A stretch of 64,000 nucleotides of DNA from contig OZ223209.1 in NCBI GenBank assembly GCA_965140415.1, forward strand, positions 992,001 through 1,056,000. The letters run 5' to 3'. The position numbers and the translations under genes were made by a program. The notes under the pieces were generated by a model. The model was not told the DNA's origin, did no database searches, and worked only from the letters and a program-made list of their open reading frames with translations. This DNA is from Myxococcota bacterium. Its GTDB lineage: Bacteria; Myxococcota_A; SURF-8. This document shows positions 18,974 to 28,503 of this stretch, piece by piece; the stretch's first letter is position 1, and every line of letters begins with the position of its first letter.

Positions 18974-21967
18974 TTACCAGTCGAGGGTTTTCTTGTATGC
19001 GGTTTTCATGCGTTCGGTAGTCAGTGACACCAGCGGGGAAGCGTCTCCCGCGCGGAGTTCGACCGTTTCACCCGCTGCGACTTCGCCGATACAGGCAAAG
19101 GGCAAGCCGTTTAATAACGCTTCGAATTCCTTTGTGTTTTCAGGGGACACACTCACTACCAGACGCCCCTGCGATTCGCTGAACAGCAGTCGCGCGGGGG
19201 TCATTTCTTCGCTTTTTGGAATCAACGCCAGATCGGCGGAAAGTCCCAGTTCACCGGCCATGGCGCATTTGGCCAGCGCCACTCCCAACCCGCCCAGATG
19301 CACGCTGGCGGCGCTGGCGAGCAATCCTTTTTGAATGGCGTCTGCAACCACCAGATAAAGAGGCCGGGTTTTGGCCGGATCGGCGACGGGTGCACGGTTG
19401 CCGGTGTATGGGGCGTCCTGTTCGCGTTCGCCCAGCAGCCGGAAGTATTCCGAAGCACCTAATTCATCGGCGGTTTCACCCAGCACATACACGCGATCTC
19501 CCGCCGCTTTGAAATCCAGTGTCACGCAGCGGCGCACGTCGTGAATGTGACCGACGGAACTGATCAGCAAAGTGGGCGGCACCGAAATGTTGACGGCCTG
19601 ATCTTGCCCATCAAAGCCTTTGAAATCGTTGAACATACTGTCTTTACCGGAAATGAACGGCGCACCGTGAGCGATGGCCATGTCATAACAGGCTTTCGCG
19701 GTCAGTTTTAATTGTCCCAGTCGTTCGGGATCGTTACTGCTGCACCAGCAGAAGTTGTCCAGTAATGCAATGCGATTCGGATCGGCACCGATCGCCACCT
19801 GGTTGCGGATGGCGGTGTCGATGGCTGCTGCTGCCATCTGGTAGGGATCGAGATCGCCGTAGCTGGGATACAGGGCGGAACTCAGGCCGACACCTGCGGT
19901 TTTTTGCAGCATCGGGCGTACCACGGTGACGTCGGTGTGAACGTCCAGACCGCGTCCGATTAGCGGCTTGATCGTGCTGCCGCCTTGCACCTCATGATCG
20001 TACTGACGTACCACGTATTCTTTGGAGCAGAGATTCAACTGCGCCAGCATGGCGGCCAGATCTTCATTGAGATCGGGCGTTTCGGCCAGCTTCGGTTCCG
20101 GGAATGAGGGCGCTTGCCACTGACTGGCCAAGGTCTTTTTGGGTAGGCCATCGTGCAAAAAGTCCAGATCCACATCCATTACCTTCTCACCATTGAAGGT
20201 GGCGACGCAGCGCCCGCTGTCGGTGAATTGACCGATGACGGTCGCTTCCACATCGCGGCGGCGCATCAGATCCAGCAGTGCGTCCAACTTCTCCGGCGGA
20301 ACGGCGTAGGTCATGCGTTCCTGCGATTCGCTGATCCAGATCTCGTTGGGAGCCAGGCCGACGTACTTGATCGGCACCTTGGACAGGTCCACTTCGCAGC
20401 CGCCGGATTCCTTGGCCATTTCACCCGCCGAGCAGGACAAGCCACCCGCGCCGTTATCGGTGATCGAACGGTACAGGCCCAGATCGCGCGCTTCCAGTTG
20501 CGCGTCTCCCAGCTTTTTCTGTGTGATCGGGTCGCCGATCTGCACGGCTCCGGTCGGCGAACCGGCGTGCAGGCTTTCCGAAGAGAAAGTCGCGCCGTGA
20601 ATGCCGTCGGCTCCCACGCGCCCACCGGCCATGACGATCAGATCGCCCGGCAGCGCTCGTTTTTCGTGGCTGGGCTGCCCGTTTACGATTTCCGGTAGAA
20701 TGCCCAAAGTGCCAACGAAAACAAGGGGTTTACCCATGTAGCGGTCGTCGAAAGTCAAAAAGCCCCAGCTTGTGGGAATACCGCTCTTGTTGCCGCCGTC
20801 TTCCACGCCCTTGCGCACACCCTCGAAAATGACCTTGGGATGCAGGATGGGGTTTTTCGAACCAGGCTTTCTGTAAGGTAACTCTTTGTTATAATAGGGA
20901 TTTCCAAAACAGAATCCGTACATGTTGGTTACGAGTTTCGCGCCGATGCCGGTGCCGAGCGGATCGCGATTGACACCCACGATGCCGGTAATGGCGCCGC
21001 CGTAAGGATCCAGCGCGCTGGGGCTGTTATGCGTTTCCACTTTGTAGCAGACGTTATAGCCGTCCACAAAACGGATCACGCCGGAGTTGTCGCTGAATAC
21101 CGACACGCACCAGTCATCCTTGCCCAGCTTTTCGCGAATTTCCCGTGTGGCGCGTTTGATGAAGCTGCCGTACAGGCTTTCCACATCGTCGATACTGGCA
21201 GCGAAAATCGTATGCTTGCAGTGCTCCGACCAGGTCTGGGCCAGGCTTTCCAGTTCCACGTCGGTGGGTGTGCGGCCTTCCTTATTAAAGTAGTCGCGAA
21301 TGACGTGCAACGATTCCAGATCAAGCGCCAGCGGTCCACGGCGCACCTCGCGACCGTCCGCCTCGACGCGGTCCAGGATTCCCTGCGAACCCAGTTTTTT
21401 CAACTCGTCATCATCGACATCGAGCGGTACACGATCCACGCGCGGATTGGGAGCGAGCGTCACTTTCGGTGGCGCACCGGTCAACGCGGTCGCTTTTACC
21501 TGCGCCAGCGAATGAATCGCCGCCCGGTTGATCAGCGGGTTGCTCAGCCAATCGGCAATGCGCTTGGCCTGTGCTTCGTCGAGCGAGCCGGAGAGCAGAT
21601 AGGCGCGTGCGGAATAGACCGCTTCGCCCGGCTGAAAACTCACGCCCAGAAGATCCCGGATGCCGTCGCGGCTGGTGCGCCCGACGTTATCGGTGACTCC
21701 GGGCAGAAAGCCGACTTCGATCCACCAGTCGAAATTCAGGCTGACCGGCGTATCCACGCTGGATTGCTGCGTGACGGGATCGGTGAACAGTTCGCTTCGA
21801 CAGCGTTCGATCTGCTCCGCGCTCAGCTCTTTGTCGATGGTGTAGACCTCGACCACGCGGACATCGGATAGGGAAATACCCAGATCGGTTTTCACCCGCC
21901 CGGCCAACGCCAGACCGGCGGCGTCTTTGACCTCGGGTTGATGGATAACTTCGATTCGTGCCGCCAT
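18974..21967 (-). CDS. purL: FGAM synthase subunit with PurS-like N-terminal extension
   Basis: WSEHCKH, KVETHNSPS, DNGAGG, SESQERM, SGKDS; start ATG 21967. Confidence 0.95.
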   Translation of the reverse strand: MAARIEVIHQPEVKDAAGLALAGRVKTDLGISLSDVRVVEVYTIDKELSAEQIERCRSELFTDPVTQQSSVDTPVSLNFDWWIEVGFLPGVTDNVGRTSRDGIRDLLGVSFQPGEAVYSARAYLLSGSLDEAQAKRIADWLSNPLINRAAIHSLAQVKATALTGAPPKVTLAPNPRVDRVPLDVDDDELKKLGSQGILDRVEADGREVRRGPLALDLESLHVIRDYFNKEGRTPTDVELESLAQTWSEHCKHTIFAASIDDVESLYGSFIKRATREIREKLGKDDWCVSVFSDNSGVIRFVDGYNVCYKVETHNSPSALDPYGGAITGIVGVNRDPLGTGIGAKLVTNMYGFCFGNPYYNKELPYRKPGSKNPILHPKVIFEGVRKGVEDGGNKSGIPTSWGFLTFDDRYMGKPLVFVGTLGILPEIVNGQPSHEKRALPGDLIVMAGGRVGADGIHGATFSSESLHAGSPTGAVQIGDPITQKKLGDAQLEARDLGLYRSITDNGAGGLSCSAGEMAKESGGCEVDLSKVPIKYVGLAPNEIWISESQERMTYAVPPEKLDALLDLMRRRDVEATVIGQFTDSGRCVATFNGEKVMDVDLDFLHDGLPKKTLASQWQAPSFPEPKLAETPDLNEDLAAMLAQLNLCSKEYVVRQYDHEVQGGSTIKPLIGRGLDVHTDVTVVRPMLQKTAGVGLSSALYPSYGDLDPYQMAAAAIDTAIRNQVAIGADPNRIALLDNFCWCSSNDPERLGQLKLTAKACYDMAIAHGAPFISGKDSMFNDFKGFDGQDQAVNISVPPTLLISSVGHIHDVRRCVTLDFKAAGDRVYVLGETADELGASEYFRLLGEREQDAPYTGNRAPVADPAKTRPLYLVVADAIQKGLLASAASVHLGGLGVALAKCAMAGELGLSADLALIPKSEEMTPARLLFSESQGRLVVSVSPENTKEFEALLNGLPFACIGEVAAGETVELRAGDASPLVSLTTERMKTAYKKTLDW

Positions 21968-22110
21968 GATGATCCTCGATCGTAGTAAAATGATGAACAA
22001 AACACCGGTCCCGTTTTGCGAGCCAAGCGGCTGGCATTTAACGTTTCCGATGTGGATCGCTACACCAAACTTGCGGCTACAAGCGCCCGGTGCAGCATGG
22101 AGCGCAGAGT

Positions 22111-22917
22111 CTACGCGTTAAGACCCAATTCGTCAATCAATTCGGGAGCAGTTTGTTGTAATGCTTCGCGCAATTTGGCAACTTGGCTTCGATTCAGGCG
22201 CACCGCACCGATAACGTGTTCCTCGAACGCTTCCCAGCTATGGGGAGCGACGGCTTTGACCGCGGTGGCCATGGCATCTGCGTAGACGCGGATTTCATAC
22301 TGGGCGTGTGCATCGAGCCGGAGGCGGATGAAGTGCAGCAGGTTGCGAAGATCGATCTGCCAGTACATTTCGGTATAAAGAGACAGCGGCAGGTTGATGC
22401 GCGACAGTTCGCGGGCGATATCGGCATCGATCATTTCGCGGTAACCCTGGAAGGATTGTCCCTGATCGCGGCGCAGAATTTCCAGCACGCGATTTCGCAG
22501 TTCGCCGGGAACCTCTTCTTCGCTGCCGCCTTGACGGTTGGTTTTACTCTGGAAGCGGATGTCGTTTTCCGCCGGAATGTAGAATTCATCCGGCATGGGG
22601 CTGTAACGACCCGAGATTTCATTCATGCGTGCGGTGCGATGCCGCACCAGTTGACGCGCCACGAAAATGGGCATTTTCAAGTGGAAGGTAAACACCACCT
22701 GCTCGAAGGGCGACATGTGCTCGTTGCGCAGCAGGTAGTTGATTAACCCCTTGTCTTCCCTCACGGTTTTTGTGCCCGCTCCATAGGAAACGCGCGCGCT
22801 GGCGACGATGCGGTCGTCGGAACCCATGTAATCGACCAGACGGACGAATCCGTGGTTCAATACCGGGATTTGCTGATCCAGAAGTTTTTCGGCTTCGGCT
22901 ACGGTTACATGCGCCAT
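22111..22917 (-). CDS. thyX: Flavin-dependent thymidylate synthase
   Basis: HMSPFE, RHRTARMNEISGRY, HAQYEIR. Confidence 0.95.
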   Translation of the reverse strand: MAHVTVAEAEKLLDQQIPVLNHGFVRLVDYMGSDDRIVASARVSYGAGTKTVREDKGLINYLLRNEHMSPFEQVVFTFHLKMPIFVARQLVRHRTARMNEISGRYSPMPDEFYIPAENDIRFQSKTNRQGGSEEEVPGELRNRVLEILRRDQGQSFQGYREMIDADIARELSRINLPLSLYTEMYWQIDLRNLLHFIRLRLDAHAQYEIRVYADAMATAVKAVAPHSWEAFEEHVIGAVRLNRSQVAKLREALQQTAPELIDELGLNA

Positions 22918-23112
22918 GCGGCACCTCCCTGATTGTTTGCGAGGCGTGTTCGATCTCGATAAAGCTGGTATTTCCAACCGTCCGGGCAGCCCATAGAAAT
23001 GTGAAACTCCAATTGACTCCCCTCAGTATATTTATGGGTCGGAGTCTAGCATCATTGGTACGGACGGGCAAGCCACTTTTATGAAAAATGGAAAGGGATT
23101 TTTCGGATTCAC

Positions 23113-24201
23113 TCAGGTCTGGTGCGAGGACGTATAATCGGGTTCTTCGGAGAAGCAGTCGGCCATGGTTTGCAACAGGCGATTCAGTTCAAAGGGGCGC
23201 GCCAGAAAAGGAATTTTAAACTCGTGGATTAGCCGTGTGGATTCCGGTTCCGGTTCTCCAGCGCATGTGAATATTACCTTAATATGTGGAAATAACTGGT
23301 GTAATTCACAATACACCTGGCAGCCGTGTTTCTTCTCAATATTCATGTCCAAAACGCAGAGATCGATGGTGTTTTCCGTCGTCAATAGGTATTCTTCGGC
23401 TTCGATGCCATCGCTGGCTTCCTGCACCAGGCAGCCGCAATCCACCAGCATTTTACGCACCACCGAGCGTGTCATACGATCGGGATCGACCAGTAAAACA
23501 GTTCTGTTTTCAAGTTTGTCTCGCAGCTGCGATTGAATGCGGTACACTTTCGGTTTCGGCGGAGTGGCTTTGGCTTCCGGGAGAAAAAGTTCACAGGTCA
23601 GATTGTGAGCTTGATGATTGTACATCTGCAAAAATCCCCCCATCGCTTCTATTTCTGCCCGCAATTCGGACAGGTTCTTACGTGGTGGTTGCGGAGGGCG
23701 TTTTTCGACGGGAATCGTTTTTAACCGATGCATTCCGTTGGCGGAATCTTCTGTCAGGATCATGCGCAACATGATGAAAGCACCCGCTTTGCCATGTTGC
23801 CGGGCTTGACTGCTTTCCGCTTCAATCTGCACTTTGCGGCTTTGTAATGTAAAGCTTCCTCCGTGACAATCGCGGTTGCAATGAGCGGCCAAATCGAAAA
23901 TCATTTGTAATAGTGTTTCACTGTCGGCCTGTAGTAGACAGGGGTCTTCCGAAGCTTCCCAGAATAGATCGCGATCGGCTGGAATGTAGCAGCGAATGCG
24001 CGGAATCGATTCGGCAACCAACTTGCGCAGGGACAATCGATGAACCTGGTGCTTGGCAATTTGAATGTCCTGCTGCTGCTGCCGCTTGGATCTCCAGCGA
24101 TTGGTTGCCACCAGACGCGCCAGGCGGTTCTCGGTTCGGATCGTTTCCGTCATCGAGCCGAGCTCGGCCAGCAATTCCTCGAAAGGATCTTGCCCGTTCA
24201 T
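23113..24201 (-). CDS. Degenerate hybrid kinase-like protein with C-terminal receiver domain
   Basis: Eroded HATPase-like region; REC domain LLVDPD..LCVLDM..ARPF. Confidence 0.7.
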   Translation of the reverse strand: MNGQDPFEELLAELGSMTETIRTENRLARLVATNRWRSKRQQQQDIQIAKHQVHRLSLRKLVAESIPRIRCYIPADRDLFWEASEDPCLLQADSETLLQMIFDLAAHCNRDCHGGSFTLQSRKVQIEAESSQARQHGKAGAFIMLRMILTEDSANGMHRLKTIPVEKRPPQPPRKNLSELRAEIEAMGGFLQMYNHQAHNLTCELFLPEAKATPPKPKVYRIQSQLRDKLENRTVLLVDPDRMTRSVVRKMLVDCGCLVQEASDGIEAEEYLLTTENTIDLCVLDMNIEKKHGCQVYCELHQLFPHIKVIFTCAGEPEPESTRLIHEFKIPFLARPFELNRLLQTMADCFSEEPDYTSSHQT

Positions 24202-24278
24202 GTCCAACCCCCTTGGTTGTTTTGTTCAGATAGGTACTGAACCCGTTTTATATCGTCGCACTGGAATTTCGCTAAAAC

Positions 24279-24294
24279 TGCAATCCGGTTGCCA
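24279..24294 (-). promoter_or_regulatory. Sigma-54 (-24/-12) promoter
   Basis: Minus strand TGGCAACCGGATTGCA with exact GG-N10-GC spacing, ~80 bp upstream of the receiver gene. Confidence 0.7.
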
Positions 24295-24521
24295 CACGGA
24301 ATAGTTACCGATCCGGAAGCAGGTTTGACAAAAGAGCGAATTCCAGTCTGACGCCCACTAAGGATAGTGGACATGAGATATTTGTCAAGTAGAAATCGTT
24401 TTTATTTGTGGCTTTTTATTTTTACATTGTGTAAATAATTTAATCTATAGGAAAGCTGCGTTGAAAACTGACACAATGAATCTAACTAATAGAAATTATT
24501 GAAACATTTTATAGATCAAAA

Positions 24522-24535
24522 TGACATGCGTGTCA
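24522..24535. promoter_or_regulatory. Palindromic site TGACA-N4-TGTCA (putative enhancer-binding-protein site)
   Basis: TGACAtgcgTGTCA in an AT-rich intergenic region; same motif at 40478. Confidence 0.5.
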
Positions 24536-24743
24536 GTTGCTTGGTTGTAGGCAAGTACGATTGATCTGTCCTGGTGCAATGTCGAATTCAAACCAAAATT
24601 TAAAGATGGAGAGCCATCAAGATGGAATCCCTCTGTCTGAGTATCGAAGAAACAGACTCATCCAATTCTTGACTTTTAGTGGGCTTAAGGTAGGCTTGGA
24701 CGATATTGGATAGACGGTTCTGTCCCTTTGCTGGAGGTCATGC

Positions 24744-25955
24744 ATGTACCGCGTGATAGTGGATGAGAGAAGCTACGATCTGGAGTCGGTTGAGCAACTG
24801 GAGAAATGGTATAACTCCGGCAAGGTGTTTGCGCATACCCTCGTTGTTGATCCGGTGAGCGGGCGGGAGACCTCGGTGGTGGAGTTCCTGGAGAATCCGG
24901 TGTTTTTTACAACGGTTGCAGGTTACCAGAAAGAAGATCCGGACCAATTACTTGAGCGTCAACTAGCCTACATTACCAGTCGTCCAGCCGAAGATTTTAC
25001 GGAAGCCGAATTCGAGCGCCTTCAGCAGTACATGGATCTCTTAAAGGAACATGACAAGCAGGGACTGATCAGTTGGGAGCAATTGATTCTTTTCCGCAAG
25101 CACTTGCGGAAGATCGCCATGGAAATTGAAATGCGTGAGCGGTTAGCGGAGATTCTGGAAGAAGATCGCATTTCAAAGCAACTTCGGGAAGAGGAAGAAG
25201 AGGAGGAACGGCAAAAGGCGACTCCGATTCAACTGTTACCCGATCTGTTCCTAAAGCGCAGAGGCGAAGGCAACCGCCGACAACGTCCCGAGCGCCCGGA
25301 GCCCAGGCCATACCGACAACCGCGTGAAGCGCAACCGCCCCAATCGCAGCAATCCAAGGATGAAAGCGCAAGCCAACAGCAACCGGCCAAGCGCGTCTGG
25401 TTTTTCCACTCACCGATGATCATCTTTATTGCACTGGTTTTTTTCACGCCATTGGGCCTTGTGCTGCTCTGGACGGCACCGCGTCTGGGGTTATTGGGCA
25501 GTATTTTCATTCGCATCGTGTTGACCTTCATGTTCCTGCAATCCTATTTCATAGGGGAGAGCGACAATCTTTTCGAGAATTTCAGGAATCGTATCGAGCA
25601 GGATCTGGGGGTTTTCACCCAGTTGCAGCCGGTGCAGGCCGAATTCGGGACGACCTTTGTAAGTGAACCGGAGTGGCAGGTTTCCGGCGCTGCCGGAAGT
25701 TATCCGGCAGGTCAGAAAATCTATTACCTGCTGCGACACATCACCTGCAATCAACCAACCGTGACCAGTACATTGCTGGTGTTGACCGATGACGGCTATA
25801 CGGAGTTGGAAAAAAGCAGCCTGGAATGGGATGCTTCTTACAAGATCTACACCAATCAGTTCGTTCCCAAAACCGAAGGCACTTACCTGGTTAAATTCCA
25901 CTGCGGCGAAAAGGAACTTACTGTTTTGGATGCCGCAGTCGATGTGCATCCCTGA
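24744..25955 (+). CDS. Hypothetical membrane protein (GYF_2-like N-terminus, coiled coil, 2 TM)
   Basis: 403-aa ORF, GGAGG RBS, hydrophobic hairpin, C-terminal beta-rich domain. Confidence 0.6.
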   Translation: MYRVIVDERSYDLESVEQLEKWYNSGKVFAHTLVVDPVSGRETSVVEFLENPVFFTTVAGYQKEDPDQLLERQLAYITSRPAEDFTEAEFERLQQYMDLLKEHDKQGLISWEQLILFRKHLRKIAMEIEMRERLAEILEEDRISKQLREEEEEEERQKATPIQLLPDLFLKRRGEGNRRQRPERPEPRPYRQPREAQPPQSQQSKDESASQQQPAKRVWFFHSPMIIFIALVFFTPLGLVLLWTAPRLGLLGSIFIRIVLTFMFLQSYFIGESDNLFENFRNRIEQDLGVFTQLQPVQAEFGTTFVSEPEWQVSGAAGSYPAGQKIYYLLRHITCNQPTVTSTLLVLTDDGYTELEKSSLEWDASYKIYTNQFVPKTEGTYLVKFHCGEKELTVLDAAVDVHP

Positions 25956-26007
25956 CCTGTTCCCATTTTCTTGCAATTTGAGAAAACCGACGAGAAGTTA
26001 TCATGGA

Positions 26008-26130
26008 GGATGGCATAGGCCAAGCGAAGAGAAGCGAAGCTTGCCCATGTAACTCTCGAACACGGGCAAGCCTGCGGCTTAGCTCGCGCCACCCCGAAAA
26101 CGGACAGATTAGCAAGTTCCTGATCCGCTC
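26008..26130. repeat. Dispersed structured repeat, copy 2
   Basis: GGCCAAGCGAAGAGAAGCGAAGCTTGCCCATG...CACGGGCAAGCCTGCGGCTTAGCTCGCGCCACCCCGAAA. Confidence 0.8.
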
Positions 26131-26235
26131 CTCTACCAAGCACGACATTCGCATTGCCAAGTTACCCTGATTCGGTTAGCATAAAAGGAGACGGGATTCT
26201 CGGCTCTGACGTTCAACCTAGGGAGGGAGCGATCA

Positions 26236-28479
26236 ATGGCGCAGAAGGAAAACCTGAAGCTTCTTGAGGCGTTAAACGATAGCGTACGGCAGCGTTTCGA
26301 CGCGCAGAAAAAGATATTGAGCTACGAGGATTTTTTCGACCTGTTTGCGCAAACCCCGGTGCGTTTCAGTCGCAGCGCCTATCAGTACCTCACGGATATG
26401 ATCGAATACTACGGTGTTGACGAAACTCCGGGACCGATGGGCCGAAGCTTCAAGGTCTTCGAGCAAGCCTTCAATGGCGGCAAGGGCGCTGTGTGGGGAC
26501 ACGGTGACGTGCAGTCGGAGATCTATCATGTGCTCAAAACCTTCGCGCGAGGCGGACGGGCGGATAAGCTGATCCTGTTACACGGTCCCAACGGCTCGGC
26601 CAAAACCTCGCTGGTAGCCTGCCTGCTGAAAGGCTTGGAGAATTATTCCCAGCAGGAAGAGGGCGCGCTGTATCGCTTTAACTGGATTTTCCCGGAAGAG
26701 CGCATCACGAAGGAGAGCATCGGATTTTCCAAGTCCGATCAGAACGGTATCGATCCGGCGGCCAGCTATGCCTATCTGCCCGAGGATCGCATCGCCGCCA
26801 AAGTTGCGTGTCAGTTGCGAGACAATCCGATCTTTCTGCTTCCAAGAGGGGAGCGCGCCAAGATCTTTGCCGAGTTGAAGAAAAGCAATCCGGAGTTCGA
26901 CAACCACGACCTGTCGATATTCATGCAGGACGGCGACCTCTCGCCGAAGAACCGGCAGATTTACGATTCCCTGCTGGCGGCTTACGGTGGCGATTACGCG
27001 CGCGTACTGCGGCACGTGCAGGTGGAACGCTATTTCCTTTCCGAGCGCTACAAAGTCGGCGCGGTGACGATCGAACCGCAGATGAGTGTCGATGCTCACA
27101 TTCAGCAAGTGACCGCCGACCGCTCGCTGTCCTCGTTGCCACCGGTGTTGCAGAATCTGAATATCTTCGACACCTCGGGTCATCTGATCCAGGCCAACCA
27201 CGGCATCCTGGAATATTCCGATCTGCTAAAGCGCCCGCTCGATGCCTATAAATACCTGCTGGGAACCTGCGAAAAAGGGACCATCAACCTGGATGTGGCG
27301 CTGGTTTACCTGGATCTGGTGATGATTGGATCGAGTAACGACAAGTACCTGGAAGGCTTCAAGCAGGTGCCGGATTTCACCTCGTTCAAGGGACGCATGG
27401 AACTGATTCGCACGCCGTATTTGCGAAACTTCCTGGACGAACAGAAGATCTACGACGAGCAGGTGTCGATGGGCCCAAAGGATCGCAAAGTCACGCCGCA
27501 TCTGACGGAAATCGTGGCGCTGTGGTGCGTATTGACGCGCCTGCTGCGCCCGAACCCGGAGAAATACTCGGAAGACATTCGCCCGATCATCAAGCGTATC
27601 AATCCATTGGAAAAAGCGATTTTCTATGCGAGTGGGGAAGTGCCCGACTGGATTTCCATGGCTGAAGCCAAGGAACTGTTGGCCCAGCGTGGACGCTTGT
27701 TGCACGAATTCGATGCAGGTCCGATTTACGAAGGCAGCATGGGCGCGAGTCCACGCGAAGGAAAAATGCTGATGCAAAGCGTGGCGCAAGGCGATGATCA
27801 CAGTTGCATTTCGCCGCGTATGCTCTTTGCTCACATTCGCAAGCTCATTCAGGATGTGTCCGTTTTCGAATGGTTGCAGGCGGTGCCCGACGGCGAATAC
27901 GGCGATCAGAAAGCGCTATTGGACTACGTCCAGCAATACTATATCCGCAAGGTGGACAACGAACTGAAAGTGGCCATGGAAATGGTCGAAGAGGCCGAAT
28001 ACGCCAAGGCGCTGGAGCGCTATGTGGCGCAGACTTCCGCCTGGTTACAGAAAACCAAGGTCTTGGACCCCATCAGCGGCGTCGAGAAACCGGTGGACGA
28101 GCGCTTTATCCGCGAAACGGAGTTGATCATCGCTCCCGAAGACGATCCGCGCACCTTCCGGCAGGATGTGGTTTCCCGTGTGGCGGCTTACGCCCTGGAT
28201 CATCCCAACCAGCCGGTGGCCTACGACAAGATCTTCTCGCGCCAGATTCAGCGCATCGAGAACCATTACTTTTCTCAACAGCAAAGCCGCATTGCCAAGC
28301 TGCATGAAAACCTGATGCGTTACATGACCGACCGCAAAAACGAACTGGCCGATGAGGACAGGCAGGAAGTCGAGCGCCTGCTGGACCGGATGCAGACCCG
28401 TTTCGGTTATCACCCGGACTGCACCCGCGAAGTGGTCGGCATGTTGATGTCCACCAAGTACAAGAAGAATGGGGGGTAG
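26236..28479 (+). CDS. prkA: PrkA-family AAA+ serine protein kinase
   Basis: HGPNGSAKT Walker A, EGALYRFNW, ANHGILEYSDLLKRP, GASPRE. Confidence 0.85.
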   Translation: MAQKENLKLLEALNDSVRQRFDAQKKILSYEDFFDLFAQTPVRFSRSAYQYLTDMIEYYGVDETPGPMGRSFKVFEQAFNGGKGAVWGHGDVQSEIYHVLKTFARGGRADKLILLHGPNGSAKTSLVACLLKGLENYSQQEEGALYRFNWIFPEERITKESIGFSKSDQNGIDPAASYAYLPEDRIAAKVACQLRDNPIFLLPRGERAKIFAELKKSNPEFDNHDLSIFMQDGDLSPKNRQIYDSLLAAYGGDYARVLRHVQVERYFLSERYKVGAVTIEPQMSVDAHIQQVTADRSLSSLPPVLQNLNIFDTSGHLIQANHGILEYSDLLKRPLDAYKYLLGTCEKGTINLDVALVYLDLVMIGSSNDKYLEGFKQVPDFTSFKGRMELIRTPYLRNFLDEQKIYDEQVSMGPKDRKVTPHLTEIVALWCVLTRLLRPNPEKYSEDIRPIIKRINPLEKAIFYASGEVPDWISMAEAKELLAQRGRLLHEFDAGPIYEGSMGASPREGKMLMQSVAQGDDHSCISPRMLFAHIRKLIQDVSVFEWLQAVPDGEYGDQKALLDYVQQYYIRKVDNELKVAMEMVEEAEYAKALERYVAQTSAWLQKTKVLDPISGVEKPVDERFIRETELIIAPEDDPRTFRQDVVSRVAAYALDHPNQPVAYDKIFSRQIQRIENHYFSQQQSRIAKLHENLMRYMTDRKNELADEDRQEVERLLDRMQTRFGYHPDCTREVVGMLMSTKYKKNGG

Positions 28480-28503
28480 ATAAAAGATCCAAGCACTAAA
28501 GGG

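Noticed and set aside
22920..23045. thyX leader as a THF/ZTP riboswitch
   Set aside because: Only a short CCCATA/TATGGG stem; conserved aptamer nucleotides not found
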